Below, piece by piece: positions 41,701 to 50,155 of a stretch of DNA of 60,089 bases. The first letter of the stretch is position 1; the number at the start of each line of letters is the position of its first letter. Under the pieces are notes generated by a model. That model was not told the origin of the DNA. It did no database searches and saw only the letters and a list, made by a program, of their open reading frames with translations. Both the position numbers and the translations under genes were made by a program. Source of the DNA: a virus (lineage: Duplodnaviria; Caudoviricetes); IMG/VR virus record IMGVR_UViG_3300028706_000329, positions 1 through 60,089 of that record; one strand, 5' to 3'.

Positions 41701-43849
41701 TGATTACGAAAAAGCGTTTGAAAGATCAATTTCTCAAAAAGAAATATTAGAAACGTTCAACAATATAATTGAAAAAACAAAAGGAGTGCCAGCCAACCAG
41801 GATATAACTCCTACAGAAATGTTAGCTTTTGAAAGAAAAAATAAACAATTACAAATATGGATCCCCAGCGCCGCTGAAGATTTAAGAGGTCTAATATACA
41901 GGTTAGTAAGAAAAGGTAAATTAGGTGATCAAGATTTAAAGTTTTATGATGAAGTATTATTTAAACCTTTAGCGCATGCTTACGCTGAGTTTGAAAATGA
42001 TAAGAACGAATCTATGAATACAATATCTAAAATACGTAAAGCAATTAAAGCTATAGGTGTTGATTTACAAGCAGAAGCTTTTGACGGCATTACAAATGGG
42101 CAAGCAATAAGATTACATTTATGGAATACAAGAGGATATATTAAAGACAATAAATTAAAAGGGGTTGATGCTATAAGTGATAAATTAGGAGCTAAAGCAA
42201 CCAATCACGTAAGATCTTTAAAAGGTATAGAGCTGTTGGATTTAATTGCTGATATTGAAGGTATATACCAAAAAACTGGTAGAAATTATCCAGAGCCTAA
42301 AAAACAATGGAGATCACAAACAATATTATTTGACTTTTTAGAATTCCAAAACGAGGATAGGCGAAAAGAAATTTTTGCAGGATTTGTTAATAACATGGAA
42401 ACTTTATTTGGTAAATTAAAAAATGGCAAATTGGAAGGGCCACAAGCAATGAGGTTAAGAGCTGCTGTGGGAAATCAATGGATGATTGCCATGTCTGATA
42501 TGGTAAGAAGACTTAAATCTGGTAGAAACAGAATACCCAGTAAGGACCCATATATAGATGCAATGTTAGATTGGACTAACGCTTCAGTTGGTACCACTAT
42601 GTTTATAAACTCTAGATCTGCTTTGCTACAGACTATTTCAAATCTTAATTTTATAAATGGTACTGATAATAATGTTTTAAGAGTAGGTGCAGCTTATTTA
42701 AATGCACCACAATTTGTAGAAGATTTTTTATATATTTTAAATTCTCCTTTTCTACAACAAAGAAGAGCTGGGCTTAAAATAGATGTTAATCTTGACGAAC
42801 TGAGTCAAGCTGTAGATGGTTATGGAAAAACTGGTAAAGCTCAAGCGTTAATTTCGGCTATACTTAAAAAAGGGTTTATGCCTACGCAATTTGCAGATAG
42901 TTTTGCTATTGCTTTTGGAGGTGCTCCGTTCTTAAGGAATAGAACAAAAACGTATATTAAAGAGGGGCTTACAAAAGAAGAAGCTTTTGAAAAAGCATTT
43001 CTTGATATGAAGGAAACTTCTGATATGTCACAGCAATCATCTAGACCGGATAAAGTATCTATGCAACAAGCTAGTAGTCTTGGTAAATTAATTTTATCTT
43101 TTCAAAATTACCCTATGCAAGCGGCTAGACTGCAAAAAAGAGCAGCACAAGATTTTTTTGCTGGTAGAGGTGATAAAATAAGTCATTTTAGAAAAATAAT
43201 ATATTATGGTGTGGTACAAAACGCTGCGTTCCATATGTTACAAAAAGCAGCATTTGCTGTTTTATTTAATGATGAAGGCATAGAAGATGAAGAAGAAGAA
43301 AAAAGACTTTGGTCTGTACTAAACGGGATGGCTGACAGTATGCTAGCTGGTTCTGGGTTTGCCGGTATGGGTATGGCAATGATGAAAAATGTAACTTTAG
43401 AATTAATTGATGAATTTAGTAGTGATAGACCAGCAGATACAAGAGAAGCTTTAGTAAAAGCAACTTCATTTTCACCTGCAATAAACGCTAAATTTAGAAA
43501 GTTTGACCAAGCTTTAAAAAGGTGGGAGTATAAAGACACGTATGAAGATTTAGAAAAGTTTAGTTTAAAAAACCCTATACTTAAAAGCACAACAGAATTT
43601 ATAGAATTTTCTACTAATTTTCCATCATCAAGGATAATATCGAAATTAGAAAATGTTGAAGCTGCTTTAGACGCTGAATCGCAATGGTATGAAAAAGTTT
43701 TTCTTATGATGGGTTGGAATAAATACAGCTTATTTATGGAAGACTGGCAGATGCCGGATATTACACCAATAACTCCTCCAAAAATAAAATCAAGAGTTCA
43801 GGCCCCTAAAATTAAAGGGCCAAAAATTAAAAAACCTAAAATAAATTAA
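35798..43849 (+). CDS. Giant internal virion (ejection) protein with zincin and PD-(D/E)XK-like motifs
   Basis: 2683 aa; HELGH at 39068; KFSKT at 39551 and 40793; IDL...MEIKK at 41060-41107. Confidence 0.75.
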   Translation: MEEIYLGSDGKEYSASDLQEYASQLNLDFEEYLQKFQFTSKTSEPGKLKPTSPGVPVETIAAPDMESSSEDTSLESPQRGENFIDKPPGKYITLNINGKPQDLTEEAYNREYAGNQEYPNSFDEYVSELQKNPKFQNLKIKDFQQPNLEGVTVVGEKPTDGYNIDVDPVKVAKGFVMGGPVGLVAGAISGTTIEKDKSIEEKVVEFQDGLLKIDEESEKEKIVKQYFNLSTNAIFGIPVARNPEYFPQTEERKIQKTQQGKDYNERMKEEDLQKSLGARKYEQWKKITAQLQSNNEELTLENIAESFNINEAKQTEKEGAEINNIVFEGKQNYARNYITKNLTGLGGDVDSRVQYLLDGLGEGFKDELNFQKNKSQQDRIDFEKNFGRPLVRTEVIDGRKYEPEGVTSTFKNVFENTIKKLENNKDSLTATTKRLEGKFKEMNYVQEKYGDKIKIAQENGDYEQVERLKQNPELLASNETLISLQEEGKVVLARWQEAMDIYEKIPDSQAALNQLSKNYNLFDRFLHKNEQAFLGSAAMYLGKSAEWSGNLLNLIPGVNIESNGDLAKAATDYNKALQIKDEKQFPKALNVFQEDLGWYSVTEALVNNSPSIIALALFRGGGSTKGLNRTREKLKNFGKVSNLPSGNTTALNRAFAGPMAAFFTMEAGGQASNLEISQREAQQNINFLKAQLESTEGEFEKNEIIQEISNQENILNLEEWQKALNVNSYGAIATLAERFGTLRSMQRFSRMSRAVGLNNFRKLTGEHMGKVISEGIGTIKGLGTGVGIEILEETFTQIGHNYLDNTIGINKSLLEGTDPEFFKNVAIISMAILGPSVSTNIYNSVSSTLKTQAEQQKNRQLEEELVNIQLRLNKIDGRTTEGRRLKKERDEKMKESAFFQMVSLGGKADMSKEDHLAAFDIEAEKNRRLQEAYDAGLDALSIDGAVDNYSRNRMKYLKDDIAELDKRKEEIFKNYNDEYLTRIAKDDKEGSEQRGQRLFNLGMYNFSKSLLKATDGVNVNTITTPADLLEFESKLKRKDYLALEEALQGGLVTASHVGNEIFIFEDNYFKNQANEKLSKTEREVASVAALHELGHIQAKNAGIIKDDKLVGDARSVITGIIADVKSRYESGRLSKEQYNTFNARIEGYRIKGEYKHTDGRTVAGKEINGVDVDELIQLVADFKTLGILPKSSFNNLYSLKAFINNFLSLKNKSSLAFKINTAEDVNGFINSWQGKAASATSVQQIDKEEEVKFSKTLFETIDSFIPKNIKTKAEYDVFTRSPEGVKIFNSIYTGAIAANIRKDRSFQEAEKVIQSVVTRVLGFNPEQVRKDGTVVGREGFVERVMSDTRFATLDAKEALAIESKKRKKEDNLDESAAAERSTMQLADESTSIEFELDNKKKEDDKPIFSDALELSEDTKQEIVVATAKSFPLVEKGVDKTYYITKKETGKVITVTKEQYKKLKENKNYENPRVESKITNYKSYKQGLQKLSYIQLKPTINKLVKTMGFEKFVNKYFDVIYNKLPQSVINKRYSTDKLSSSTFIGKKTGRETIGAGKAITEKVKVNKTDFINYFVNREMLSQTRSDRQTGLIEVITNELSADVAVDIIEGNIEVKDKGKELDVLALMDVSGFQLENTFYDKLEKALERDNLSIAVLDDKNQKSSNIKFSKTIGVAREQGMNEQDLYKFVKLAKASKDKALRKNPELMQAFQDDIQETSWKGYEQRGFLNFVLANKDNPEITIDQKEITAESNTKIDLRFEWKGQKLGMEIKKGIKGAARYNGGRARGTTLNNLTTEYDYINEIIKSKKFKSTVGKALKKWQEELQELSGKKIQFFKDTNGVISGTTDFVSREVHKQMKESGLQQAVSGGFRFPIDMKHIRSHSINMDKNGYKGAYMLINTEGFSLANDQLNTSAPLLEGEAYIEFKIKWDPKKASGETRSESSEGNYAFAFEARIESLKNKGIPLASLNDYEKAFERSISQKEILETFNNIIEKTKGVPANQDITPTEMLAFERKNKQLQIWIPSAAEDLRGLIYRLVRKGKLGDQDLKFYDEVLFKPLAHAYAEFENDKNESMNTISKIRKAIKAIGVDLQAEAFDGITNGQAIRLHLWNTRGYIKDNKLKGVDAISDKLGAKATNHVRSLKGIELLDLIADIEGIYQKTGRNYPEPKKQWRSQTILFDFLEFQNEDRRKEIFAGFVNNMETLFGKLKNGKLEGPQAMRLRAAVGNQWMIAMSDMVRRLKSGRNRIPSKDPYIDAMLDWTNASVGTTMFINSRSALLQTISNLNFINGTDNNVLRVGAAYLNAPQFVEDFLYILNSPFLQQRRAGLKIDVNLDELSQAVDGYGKTGKAQALISAILKKGFMPTQFADSFAIAFGGAPFLRNRTKTYIKEGLTKEEAFEKAFLDMKETSDMSQQSSRPDKVSMQQASSLGKLILSFQNYPMQAARLQKRAAQDFFAGRGDKISHFRKIIYYGVVQNAAFHMLQKAAFAVLFNDEGIEDEEEEKRLWSVLNGMADSMLAGSGFAGMGMAMMKNVTLELIDEFSSDRPADTREALVKATSFSPAINAKFRKFDQALKRWEYKDTYEDLEKFSLKNPILKSTTEFIEFSTNFPSSRIISKLENVEAALDAESQWYEKVFLMMGWNKYSLFMEDWQMPDITPITPPKIKSRVQAPKIKGPKIKKPKIN

Positions 43850-43851
43850 TT

Positions 43852-43896
43852 ATGCCAAAAGACGCTTGTTATAAAAAAGTAGTATGGAAAAGATAA
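43852..43896 (+). pseudogene. Possible truncated gene remnant MPKDACYKKV
   Basis: ATG 2 nt after the upstream stop; 14 codons running into the endolysin start. Confidence 0.35.
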
Positions 43897-44345
43897 GTAA
43901 ACATATATCATACAGAGAAGCTACTAAATCTAATACAGCGATGAGATTAGATATAGATAATACACCAGGGCTTTATGAGATAACTAATATGAATGGGGTA
44001 GCACATAATATATTTGAACCATTAAGAGAATGGGTTGGTGGACCAATAAAAATTAATTCTTTTTATAGATCTGTTGCTTTGAATAAAGCTATAGGTGGAA
44101 GTTCTAGATCACAGCACTGTGAGGGTAGAGCTATGGACATTGATGATACATTTAGATATAAGACCAATGCTGAGATGTATGAATACATAAAAGAAAACTT
44201 AAATTTTGATCAAATGATTTGGGAATTTGGTACAGATAAAAACCCTGATTGGGTACATATAAGTTATGTATCTGAAGAACAAAATAGAAATAGATGTTTA
44301 AAAGCCACAAGAGTCAATGGAAAAGCAATGTATAGCATTATATAA
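43884..44345 (+). CDS. Endolysin, peptidase M15A family
   Basis: INSFYRS..LN.AIGG...SQH..G.AMD...WVHISY (H, D, H zinc ligands). Confidence 0.92.
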   Translation: MEKISKHISYREATKSNTAMRLDIDNTPGLYEITNMNGVAHNIFEPLREWVGGPIKINSFYRSVALNKAIGGSSRSQHCEGRAMDIDDTFRYKTNAEMYEYIKENLNFDQMIWEFGTDKNPDWVHISYVSEEQNRNRCLKATRVNGKAMYSII

Positions 44346-44562
44346 AAGACTTTTATTAGCTTTACTTGTTTTAACATTTGTTTCGTGTTACACTATAAAA
44401 TCTACAGTTGTAAATAAGTTAGATAAAACTTGGCCTTGGAATACTATAAAATACAAAGGGAACCCAAACTTAGATTCCCTTCATATTTATAAACAAAACA
44501 AAACTAACCATCGCAACTTAAGCAATCTGGATTCATTGCCTCCGCTGCAATATCGCCTCTGA
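44317..44562 (+). CDS. Putative lipoprotein (spanin-like?)
   Basis: KRLLLALLVLTFVS-C lipobox-like signal next to the endolysin; 3' end overlaps nrdA antisense. Confidence 0.4.
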   Translation: MEKQCIALYKRLLLALLVLTFVSCYTIKSTVVNKLDKTWPWNTIKYKGNPNLDSLHIYKQNKTNHRNLSNLDSLPPLQYRL

Positions 44563-46249
44563 GAACACTCTCTGTTCTCGTGTAGTATAAAGTTTTAATT
44601 CCTCGCTTCCAAGCTTCCATATGAACTCTATTAATCCATCTAGGTTCTGCTTGTGATGGAAACGCAAGATTCAAACTTACAGACTGATCAATATAAGTTT
44701 GTCTTATACCCGCCTGATTAACTAATTCTAGTTGATTTATTTCCTTAAACGTTTTGAAAACATTTTTAACCGGCTCGCCAACTTCTTCCTGAGTAAGCTT
44801 GCCATTAGTATCGTAATAGTAACCATTTAATTCTTTTATTCCTTGCACAGATCCTTTGTCTTTTAATACTTTATCCCAAGTTTTCTGTGTGTTTATATTT
44901 AATTTTCTGAATATTTTTTCTAATTCTCTATTCTTTCTTATAAATGTACCTTTAGCAGATTGCTCTGTAAATACATTAGCAGCCCAGGGTTCAATTCCTG
45001 GTGATACATTACCAGACAATTTACTGTTTGATACTGTTGGTGCAACAGCTCTTAAGTGTGTATTACGCATTCCTGTACCTACACACCATAATGGTTCACC
45101 ATATACGTCAGCTAGATCTCTACTTGCTCTTTCAGTTTCCAGTTTTAGCTGTGAAAATATTTCTCTTGTTTTATACTGTGCAATCAATCCTTCAAAAGCA
45201 ATTCCTTTCTGTTGTAATAAAGTATGCCAACCTAATACACCTAAACCTAATGCTCTTCCTTTTTCAGCAGATCTAACTGCATTACCAAATCCACGCATAT
45301 TCTTAGCTCTTTGTATAAACTCTTCTAATACTCCATCTAAAAACCAAGTGGCATAATAAATCAAATCACTATTTTTCCATTCATCATACTTAGCTAAATT
45401 AACAGAAGATAAGCAACATACAAAAGAATGTGATTCATCTGTATGTAGTGTAATCTCAGAACATATATTAGTCATATGAACTTTTAAACTGTTATCTTTA
45501 TATGCTTTAGGATTATTTTTATTAGTATTACCTTTAAACATTATATAAGGTTCACCTGTAGCTTTTCTTTTCTGTAGTAGTCTACTCCATTTCTTTCTTG
45601 CCTCTGCTTGCCCTTCTTCGAGTCTTCTCATAAACTTATCACCTATTACAGTACATTGATGTAAATTTAATGACTGTCTATTAACATCACCTTTGGGCTC
45701 TCTAATTTCTAACCAATCTAAAAAATCTGGGTGATCAATATTTATATTAACAGACGCAGCACCTCTTCTAACTGATCCTTGATTTGTGGCAAGTATAGTT
45801 GAGTCATATACTTTACAGAATGGCACAACACCATCTGATGTTCCATTACCAGCTATAATAGACCCTGCTGGTCTAATCATGTTAACACCAATACCCACAC
45901 CACCACCGTGCTTTGCAAGCAACATCATTTCAAGATTCTTATTACCTATATCCATAATGCTATCAGCTACATCAATACCAAAACAACTAATAGGTAAACC
46001 TCTATCGGTTCCAGTATTAGATAAAACAGGTGAAGCTAAACAAAGCCATCCTTTCCAAATATAATCAAAAAACTTATCTGCTAATTCTGGTTTATATAAC
46101 CTTCTAGCAACAGCTTTAGAAACTCTCATATAAGCGTCTCTAGGCGATTCACCTTGTAATAGATAACCACCTGAAATAGTCTTCTTATATACGTCTGTAT
46201 CGCCCCACACAGGGTAATCCTCGCCTTTCTTCCAGTCGTTATTCCACAT
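44504..46249 (-). CDS. nrdA: Ribonucleotide reductase class I alpha subunit
   Basis: PISCF, GGGVG, RRGA, TNICSEI, APTVS, TLYY, C-terminal CLSC; no ATP cone. Confidence 0.97.
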   Translation of the reverse strand: MWNNDWKKGEDYPVWGDTDVYKKTISGGYLLQGESPRDAYMRVSKAVARRLYKPELADKFFDYIWKGWLCLASPVLSNTGTDRGLPISCFGIDVADSIMDIGNKNLEMMLLAKHGGGVGIGVNMIRPAGSIIAGNGTSDGVVPFCKVYDSTILATNQGSVRRGAASVNINIDHPDFLDWLEIREPKGDVNRQSLNLHQCTVIGDKFMRRLEEGQAEARKKWSRLLQKRKATGEPYIMFKGNTNKNNPKAYKDNSLKVHMTNICSEITLHTDESHSFVCCLSSVNLAKYDEWKNSDLIYYATWFLDGVLEEFIQRAKNMRGFGNAVRSAEKGRALGLGVLGWHTLLQQKGIAFEGLIAQYKTREIFSQLKLETERASRDLADVYGEPLWCVGTGMRNTHLRAVAPTVSNSKLSGNVSPGIEPWAANVFTEQSAKGTFIRKNRELEKIFRKLNINTQKTWDKVLKDKGSVQGIKELNGYYYDTNGKLTQEEVGEPVKNVFKTFKEINQLELVNQAGIRQTYIDQSVSLNLAFPSQAEPRWINRVHMEAWKRGIKTLYYTRTESVLRGDIAAEAMNPDCLSCDG

Positions 46250-46439
46250 CTTCTTTATTTTCTTTTAATTCTTCAGTTAATTTTGTTATTGCTTTTTTAT
46301 ATCCGGGTAATCTTTTTACAGTTTCTAATGTACCTACAGATAAATCTCTAAGATTATTTAGTTCCTGAAGAACACCTTGCATCAATCCTCCAAGCTGTTC
46401 TATTTTTCTTTTCATTATAATTAATTCTGATTCTTTCAT
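46239..46439 (-). CDS. Hypothetical protein
   Basis: 66-aa ORF overlapping the nrdA start. Confidence 0.7.
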   Translation of the reverse strand: MKESELIIMKRKIEQLGGLMQGVLQELNNLRDLSVGTLETVKRLPGYKKAITKLTEELKENKEDVE

Positions 46440-46448
46440 AATTTAATT

Positions 46449-46649
46449 TTAATTAATTCCACAAGATGTAGCTATTAAATAAACTACTTCTTCTTTACAC
46501 TGTTCGTTTTCTACAAATGTTCCACATTTTTCAATAGCGTAAGCTTGTATCAATTTTATATCACACTCAACTTCGACATTTTGTTTAGTGCAACCTATAA
46601 ATGTTAGTATTAATATACTACCAAATATCCTCAAAATCTTCTCCTTCAT
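46449..46649 (-). CDS. Small putative lipoprotein
   Basis: MKEKILRIFGSILILTFIG-C signal/lipobox; start trimmed from the track ORF, which overlaps nrdB. Confidence 0.55.
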   Translation of the reverse strand: MKEKILRIFGSILILTFIGCTKQNVEVECDIKLIQAYAIEKCGTFVENEQCKEEVVYLIATSCGIN

Positions 46650-47586
46650 TTGCTTTAGAATAGTCAGTAGGTCTAATAGCAAAAAAATCGGTATGAGTAA
46701 CACCCCCAGTAAGATGATAAAACCAATCCAAAGCATTAGCTTTGTTCTCGTTATACCTAAAATGTTGTGAAGATTTGTTATAGCCAAGTTCTGTAATTTT
46801 TTCATTAGCTCTTTTTTTAATAAATTCTTTTAAATCATCTTTCTTTAAATTCTCTATATCGCCTTGTTCAAACATTTTATCGATATATTTTAATTCAAGG
46901 TCAACCATTATATCGGCTGCCTCTAATACATGGTTTTTACATTCTTTTTTTAAGCCTGGTGTTTCTTCACACATATGTCTAAACAATTGACAACCCATCT
47001 TTGAATGTAATGATTCATCTCTTACTGACCATTTCATTTGCTGGCCAACACCCTTAAGTAGGTTTCTAAGCTGAAAGCTATATAGAACAGCAAAAGCAGA
47101 ATATAACGAAACACCTTCAGCGAAAGCGCTAAACACTGCCAAACTTTTGGCAATACCAATTTTATTTTTTCCTTCATAACTAACTAAATTTTCAAATCTA
47201 TTTGCGGTAGCAGGCTCGTGTAAGAAAGCTTCAAAGTCTTCAAGACCTAAAGTTTCATTTAAATACGAATAAGCTACAGCGTGAATAGTTTCTTGTGATC
47301 CAAACATCATAGCCATTTGTTGTATTTCATGTTTAGGAAACCACGCAACTACTTTTTGTGTCCAGTAATCTGACACCGCACATTCTGTTTGTGCAAATCC
47401 TAATAATATATTACCTACTAAATGTTTTTCAGAAGGCGTTAATCTCTCATTCCAGTCTTTTACGTCACCACTCATTGGTATTTCCGTGTGCAACCAAAAC
47501 GCTTGTGCTTGTTTTAACCAGCCCTCAGTGTAGTACTCTGGGTACTCAAAAGGCTTGTAAGCTACTCTATTGTCAAATAATCCCAT
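46618..47586 (-). CDS. nrdB: Ribonucleotide reductase class I beta subunit
   Basis: FW...E, QETIHAVAY, EGVSLYSAF, RDESLH di-metal ligands. Confidence 0.97.
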   Translation of the reverse strand: MGLFDNRVAYKPFEYPEYYTEGWLKQAQAFWLHTEIPMSGDVKDWNERLTPSEKHLVGNILLGFAQTECAVSDYWTQKVVAWFPKHEIQQMAMMFGSQETIHAVAYSYLNETLGLEDFEAFLHEPATANRFENLVSYEGKNKIGIAKSLAVFSAFAEGVSLYSAFAVLYSFQLRNLLKGVGQQMKWSVRDESLHSKMGCQLFRHMCEETPGLKKECKNHVLEAADIMVDLELKYIDKMFEQGDIENLKKDDLKEFIKKRANEKITELGYNKSSQHFRYNENKANALDWFYHLTGGVTHTDFFAIRPTDYSKANEGEDFEDIW

Positions 47587-47587
47587 A

Positions 47588-47740
47588 TTAATCTTCTATT
47601 TCTTGTTTAACTATTTCTAAAGCAATATCTATAAACGGTAGATATAATACATGCGACACCACCTCTTCTAGATCGTATGATCTAATCCCTATTAATATTC
47701 CAGGATATAAACCTATTGATATTCTCCAAACTCTATTCAT
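47588..47740 (-). CDS. 50-aa hypothetical protein (not in track)
   Basis: MNRVWRISIGLYPGILIGIRSYDLEEVVSHVLYLPFIDIALEIVKQEIED*; fills the gap. Confidence 0.6.
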   Translation of the reverse strand: MNRVWRISIGLYPGILIGIRSYDLEEVVSHVLYLPFIDIALEIVKQEIED

Positions 47741-47900
47741 GTACTTTTATATTAAATTTATCATGAATTTCAATTAATTCGTTCCATCTTAAAAACCCCC
47801 TATTACTAGCCCATTTAATATGCTTTTCAATTTGACGTTCTTTATATTTTAACCTAGCTACTTTCTTTTGTTTTTCAGAATTTCTATTACTCTGTCGCAT
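47733..47900 (-). CDS. 55-aa hypothetical protein (not in track)
   Basis: MRQSNRNSEKQKKVARLKYKERQIEKHIKW...KVHE*; overlaps both neighbours. Confidence 0.5.
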   Translation of the reverse strand: MRQSNRNSEKQKKVARLKYKERQIEKHIKWASNRGFLRWNELIEIHDKFNIKVHE

Positions 47901-48319
47901 TCTTTATGATTTTGTGGTTTAAAAAGTATATAACTTGGGAACTGCTCAGTAACTAATTTTTTAAATAACTTCCACCTAATAGGAAATGATTCATTAGGCC
48001 TACCTTTAGTTTCAATTATAAAATCATCACCTATAAAGTCAGGTGTGTATTTTATTGGCAGTATTCTTTTTTCTCCTCTGTTTATAAATTCCCCCTTTGA
48101 GTTAGCTTGTCTTTCATAAACTTCATTTTCAAAATGAAATCCATTTAATAGTACAAAAGTTTCACCTTCGTATTTAGCTTTAATCTTTGCTTTCTGTAAA
48201 GCCATATACATATACTTCTCCAGCCCTGATGCAAAGTTATGCCCCTCATAACTAATTTTTTTAGACTGGACTGGCCCCTTTTTTTTCCTACCAGGGGCTT
48301 TCTTCCTTTTATAAAACAT
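47858..48319 (-). CDS. T7 endonuclease I-like Holliday junction resolvase
   Basis: ASGLE...YE...YTPDF...IIETKG. Confidence 0.88.
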   Translation of the reverse strand: MFYKRKKAPGRKKKGPVQSKKISYEGHNFASGLEKYMYMALQKAKIKAKYEGETFVLLNGFHFENEVYERQANSKGEFINRGEKRILPIKYTPDFIGDDFIIETKGRPNESFPIRWKLFKKLVTEQFPSYILFKPQNHKECDRVIEILKNKRK

Positions 48320-48555
48320 TATTCTTTTGCTTTAAGATCTCTTAAATAACATTCTTCTATTTCACTTTTTAATACCTGTCTTGTTTTTTCTATATAGTTG
48401 ACAGCATCCATTAATTCTTCCTGTATATGTTGAAGCCATGTATCTAAGGTTTGGTCATCTTTATGTAAAGTAACACCGTACTTTTTATAACCTACATCAG
48501 ATCTGTTAATAAACTTTTTTACTACTGATTCTATAATCTTATCTCTTATTTCCAT
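48319..48555 (-). CDS. Small all-alpha NTP pyrophosphohydrolase-like protein
   Basis: G.KKYG.TL...WL.H.QEELMDAVNY. Confidence 0.6.
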   Translation of the reverse strand: MEIRDKIIESVVKKFINRSDVGYKKYGVTLHKDDQTLDTWLQHIQEELMDAVNYIEKTRQVLKSEIEECYLRDLKAKE

Positions 48556-48556
48556 A

Positions 48557-49315
48557 TTAGTCTTTTACAAATGTTCCGTTTACCATTCTCCCAGTTCTAC
48601 CAGAAATCTCATCATAAGCAAACTGCATACAAGTTTCAATTGAAACACCGTTGAGCTCGGCGAGATTAGTAAGAACAACAACGCTATCACCAATAGCATC
48701 GATAATACCTTCTTTATCATTGTTAAGAAGGGATTGCGATAATTCCCCTGTTTCTTCATATAATTTTATTAATTGTGTTTTAGGATCTCCTTTATCTAAG
48801 ATACCTTTTTCTTTAGCCCATTGTCTTATTAAGTCAAATATTTCTACATTGTTATGAGCAGGCTTTGCTAAAAATGCTTCATAAAAAGCTTTGTTATAAA
48901 TGTAAGTTCTGGTATCGTCATACATAGACTTGTATGAGTTAGCCACCATCCATTCAATTGCTTCTGTTGTTATTTCAAATTCACCTAAAGGCGTTTGCCA
49001 TTTTACCCCTATGTTTTTGTTTAGTATAGATTTAAGTTTAGACTTTTTGCAAGGGAAAGTCGAGGTTTGTTCTGTTGCATTTATTTTCATTTTTTTATTT
49101 ACTAAATTTTTATATAATGTTCTATCAACTTTATACCCATAAAACTTTTGAAGCTCTATTTCTCGCTTTGATATGTAATTAATATCAGACGAAGAATCTA
49201 GAACTTCATACTCTCCAAGCTTATAGCCTTGCACAAGCGTAACTCTATTATTTAAATCACGTGTTACGCCGATTTTTTTATTAGGTATGTGGTAAATATA
49301 ATATATTTCTTCCAT
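48557..49315 (-). CDS. MazG-like pyrophosphatase with N-terminal GIY-YIG-like domain
   Basis: C-terminal KLYEETGEL...DAIGD; N-terminal YYIYHI...KIGVT.DL..R...E. Confidence 0.75.
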   Translation of the reverse strand: MEEIYYIYHIPNKKIGVTRDLNNRVTLVQGYKLGEYEVLDSSSDINYISKREIELQKFYGYKVDRTLYKNLVNKKMKINATEQTSTFPCKKSKLKSILNKNIGVKWQTPLGEFEITTEAIEWMVANSYKSMYDDTRTYIYNKAFYEAFLAKPAHNNVEIFDLIRQWAKEKGILDKGDPKTQLIKLYEETGELSQSLLNNDKEGIIDAIGDSVVVLTNLAELNGVSIETCMQFAYDEISGRTGRMVNGTFVKD

Positions 49316-49321
49316 ATTGTT

Positions 49322-50155
49322 TTATTTTCCTACAGATAATTCTGCTTTAATTATAGGACTGTGGTTATATCCTTCTAATGTTATAGTATCTTTATTAGGA
49401 ATGAATACAAAATCATTTGCACCTTCTCTTAATTTAATACCACCCCAACTCATTTTAAGTTTAGGTAAATCGTATTGCTTTGCGGCAATATACTCTTCAG
49501 CTTGTTCTAAATGATTATTATATAAATGACAATCACCTAAGCTAGCAATAAGAGTTCCGGGTTTATAACCAGCTCCTTCTGCTATCATTTCTAATAACAA
49601 GCCATACATAGTTATATCATATGGTAATCCAAGAAATACATCTGCACTTCTTTGTTGCCACATTAAGTCCAGTTTACCATCGTTATAAAATAACTGGAAG
49701 TTATAATGACAAGGAGGGAGTACCATATCGTGAAGATCATGAACGTTCCAAGCGGAAACCATGAGTCGTCTACTGGTGGGATTTTCCCTAAGCTCCTGTA
49801 GCACCATTTGTAATTGATCAATGCCATTAGCATGGCGCCACTGGTGACCGTATACGGGACCAAGTTTTCTATCAGTCCTACCAGATCTTTGATAATCAGG
49901 AATCCAATACTTGACACCGTTATCAATAAGATAATCCAAGTCGCTTCGACCTTCGACAATCCAAAATAATTCTGTTTTTGCATGATTAAATATAATTTTC
50001 TTTTTAGTTAATATAGGGAATCCGGCTTTCATGTCATGATACAACATTCTACCGAACACAGCTCTTGTACCTGTCCCTGTTCTATCTGCTTTAGGTTTAC
50101 CTCCATGTAATATACCGGATATTAAACCTGTGTATTCAGTTTCTATATTTGTCAT
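49322..50155 (-). CDS. thyA: Thymidylate synthase
   Basis: DRTGTGT, LGPVYGHQWR, SRR, LPPCH, QRSADVFLGLP, HLYNNH. Confidence 0.97.
   Translation of the reverse strand: MTNIETEYTGLISGILHGGKPKADRTGTGTRAVFGRMLYHDMKAGFPILTKKKIIFNHAKTELFWIVEGRSDLDYLIDNGVKYWIPDYQRSGRTDRKLGPVYGHQWRHANGIDQLQMVLQELRENPTSRRLMVSAWNVHDLHDMVLPPCHYNFQLFYNDGKLDLMWQQRSADVFLGLPYDITMYGLLLEMIAEGAGYKPGTLIASLGDCHLYNNHLEQAEEYIAAKQYDLPKLKMSWGGIKLREGANDFVFIPNKDTITLEGYNHSPIIKAELSVGK

Noticed and set aside
35798-43849. crAss-like virion RNA polymerase
   Set aside because: No DxDxD/DFDxD catalytic motif in a plausible context was found by eye, and the genome encodes a sigma factor, implying use of host RNAP. An HMM search is needed to exclude it fully.
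46650-46805. N-terminal extension of the 118-aa track ORF
   Set aside because: Overlaps nrdB in another frame; the Met at 46649 gives a clean lipoprotein signal.
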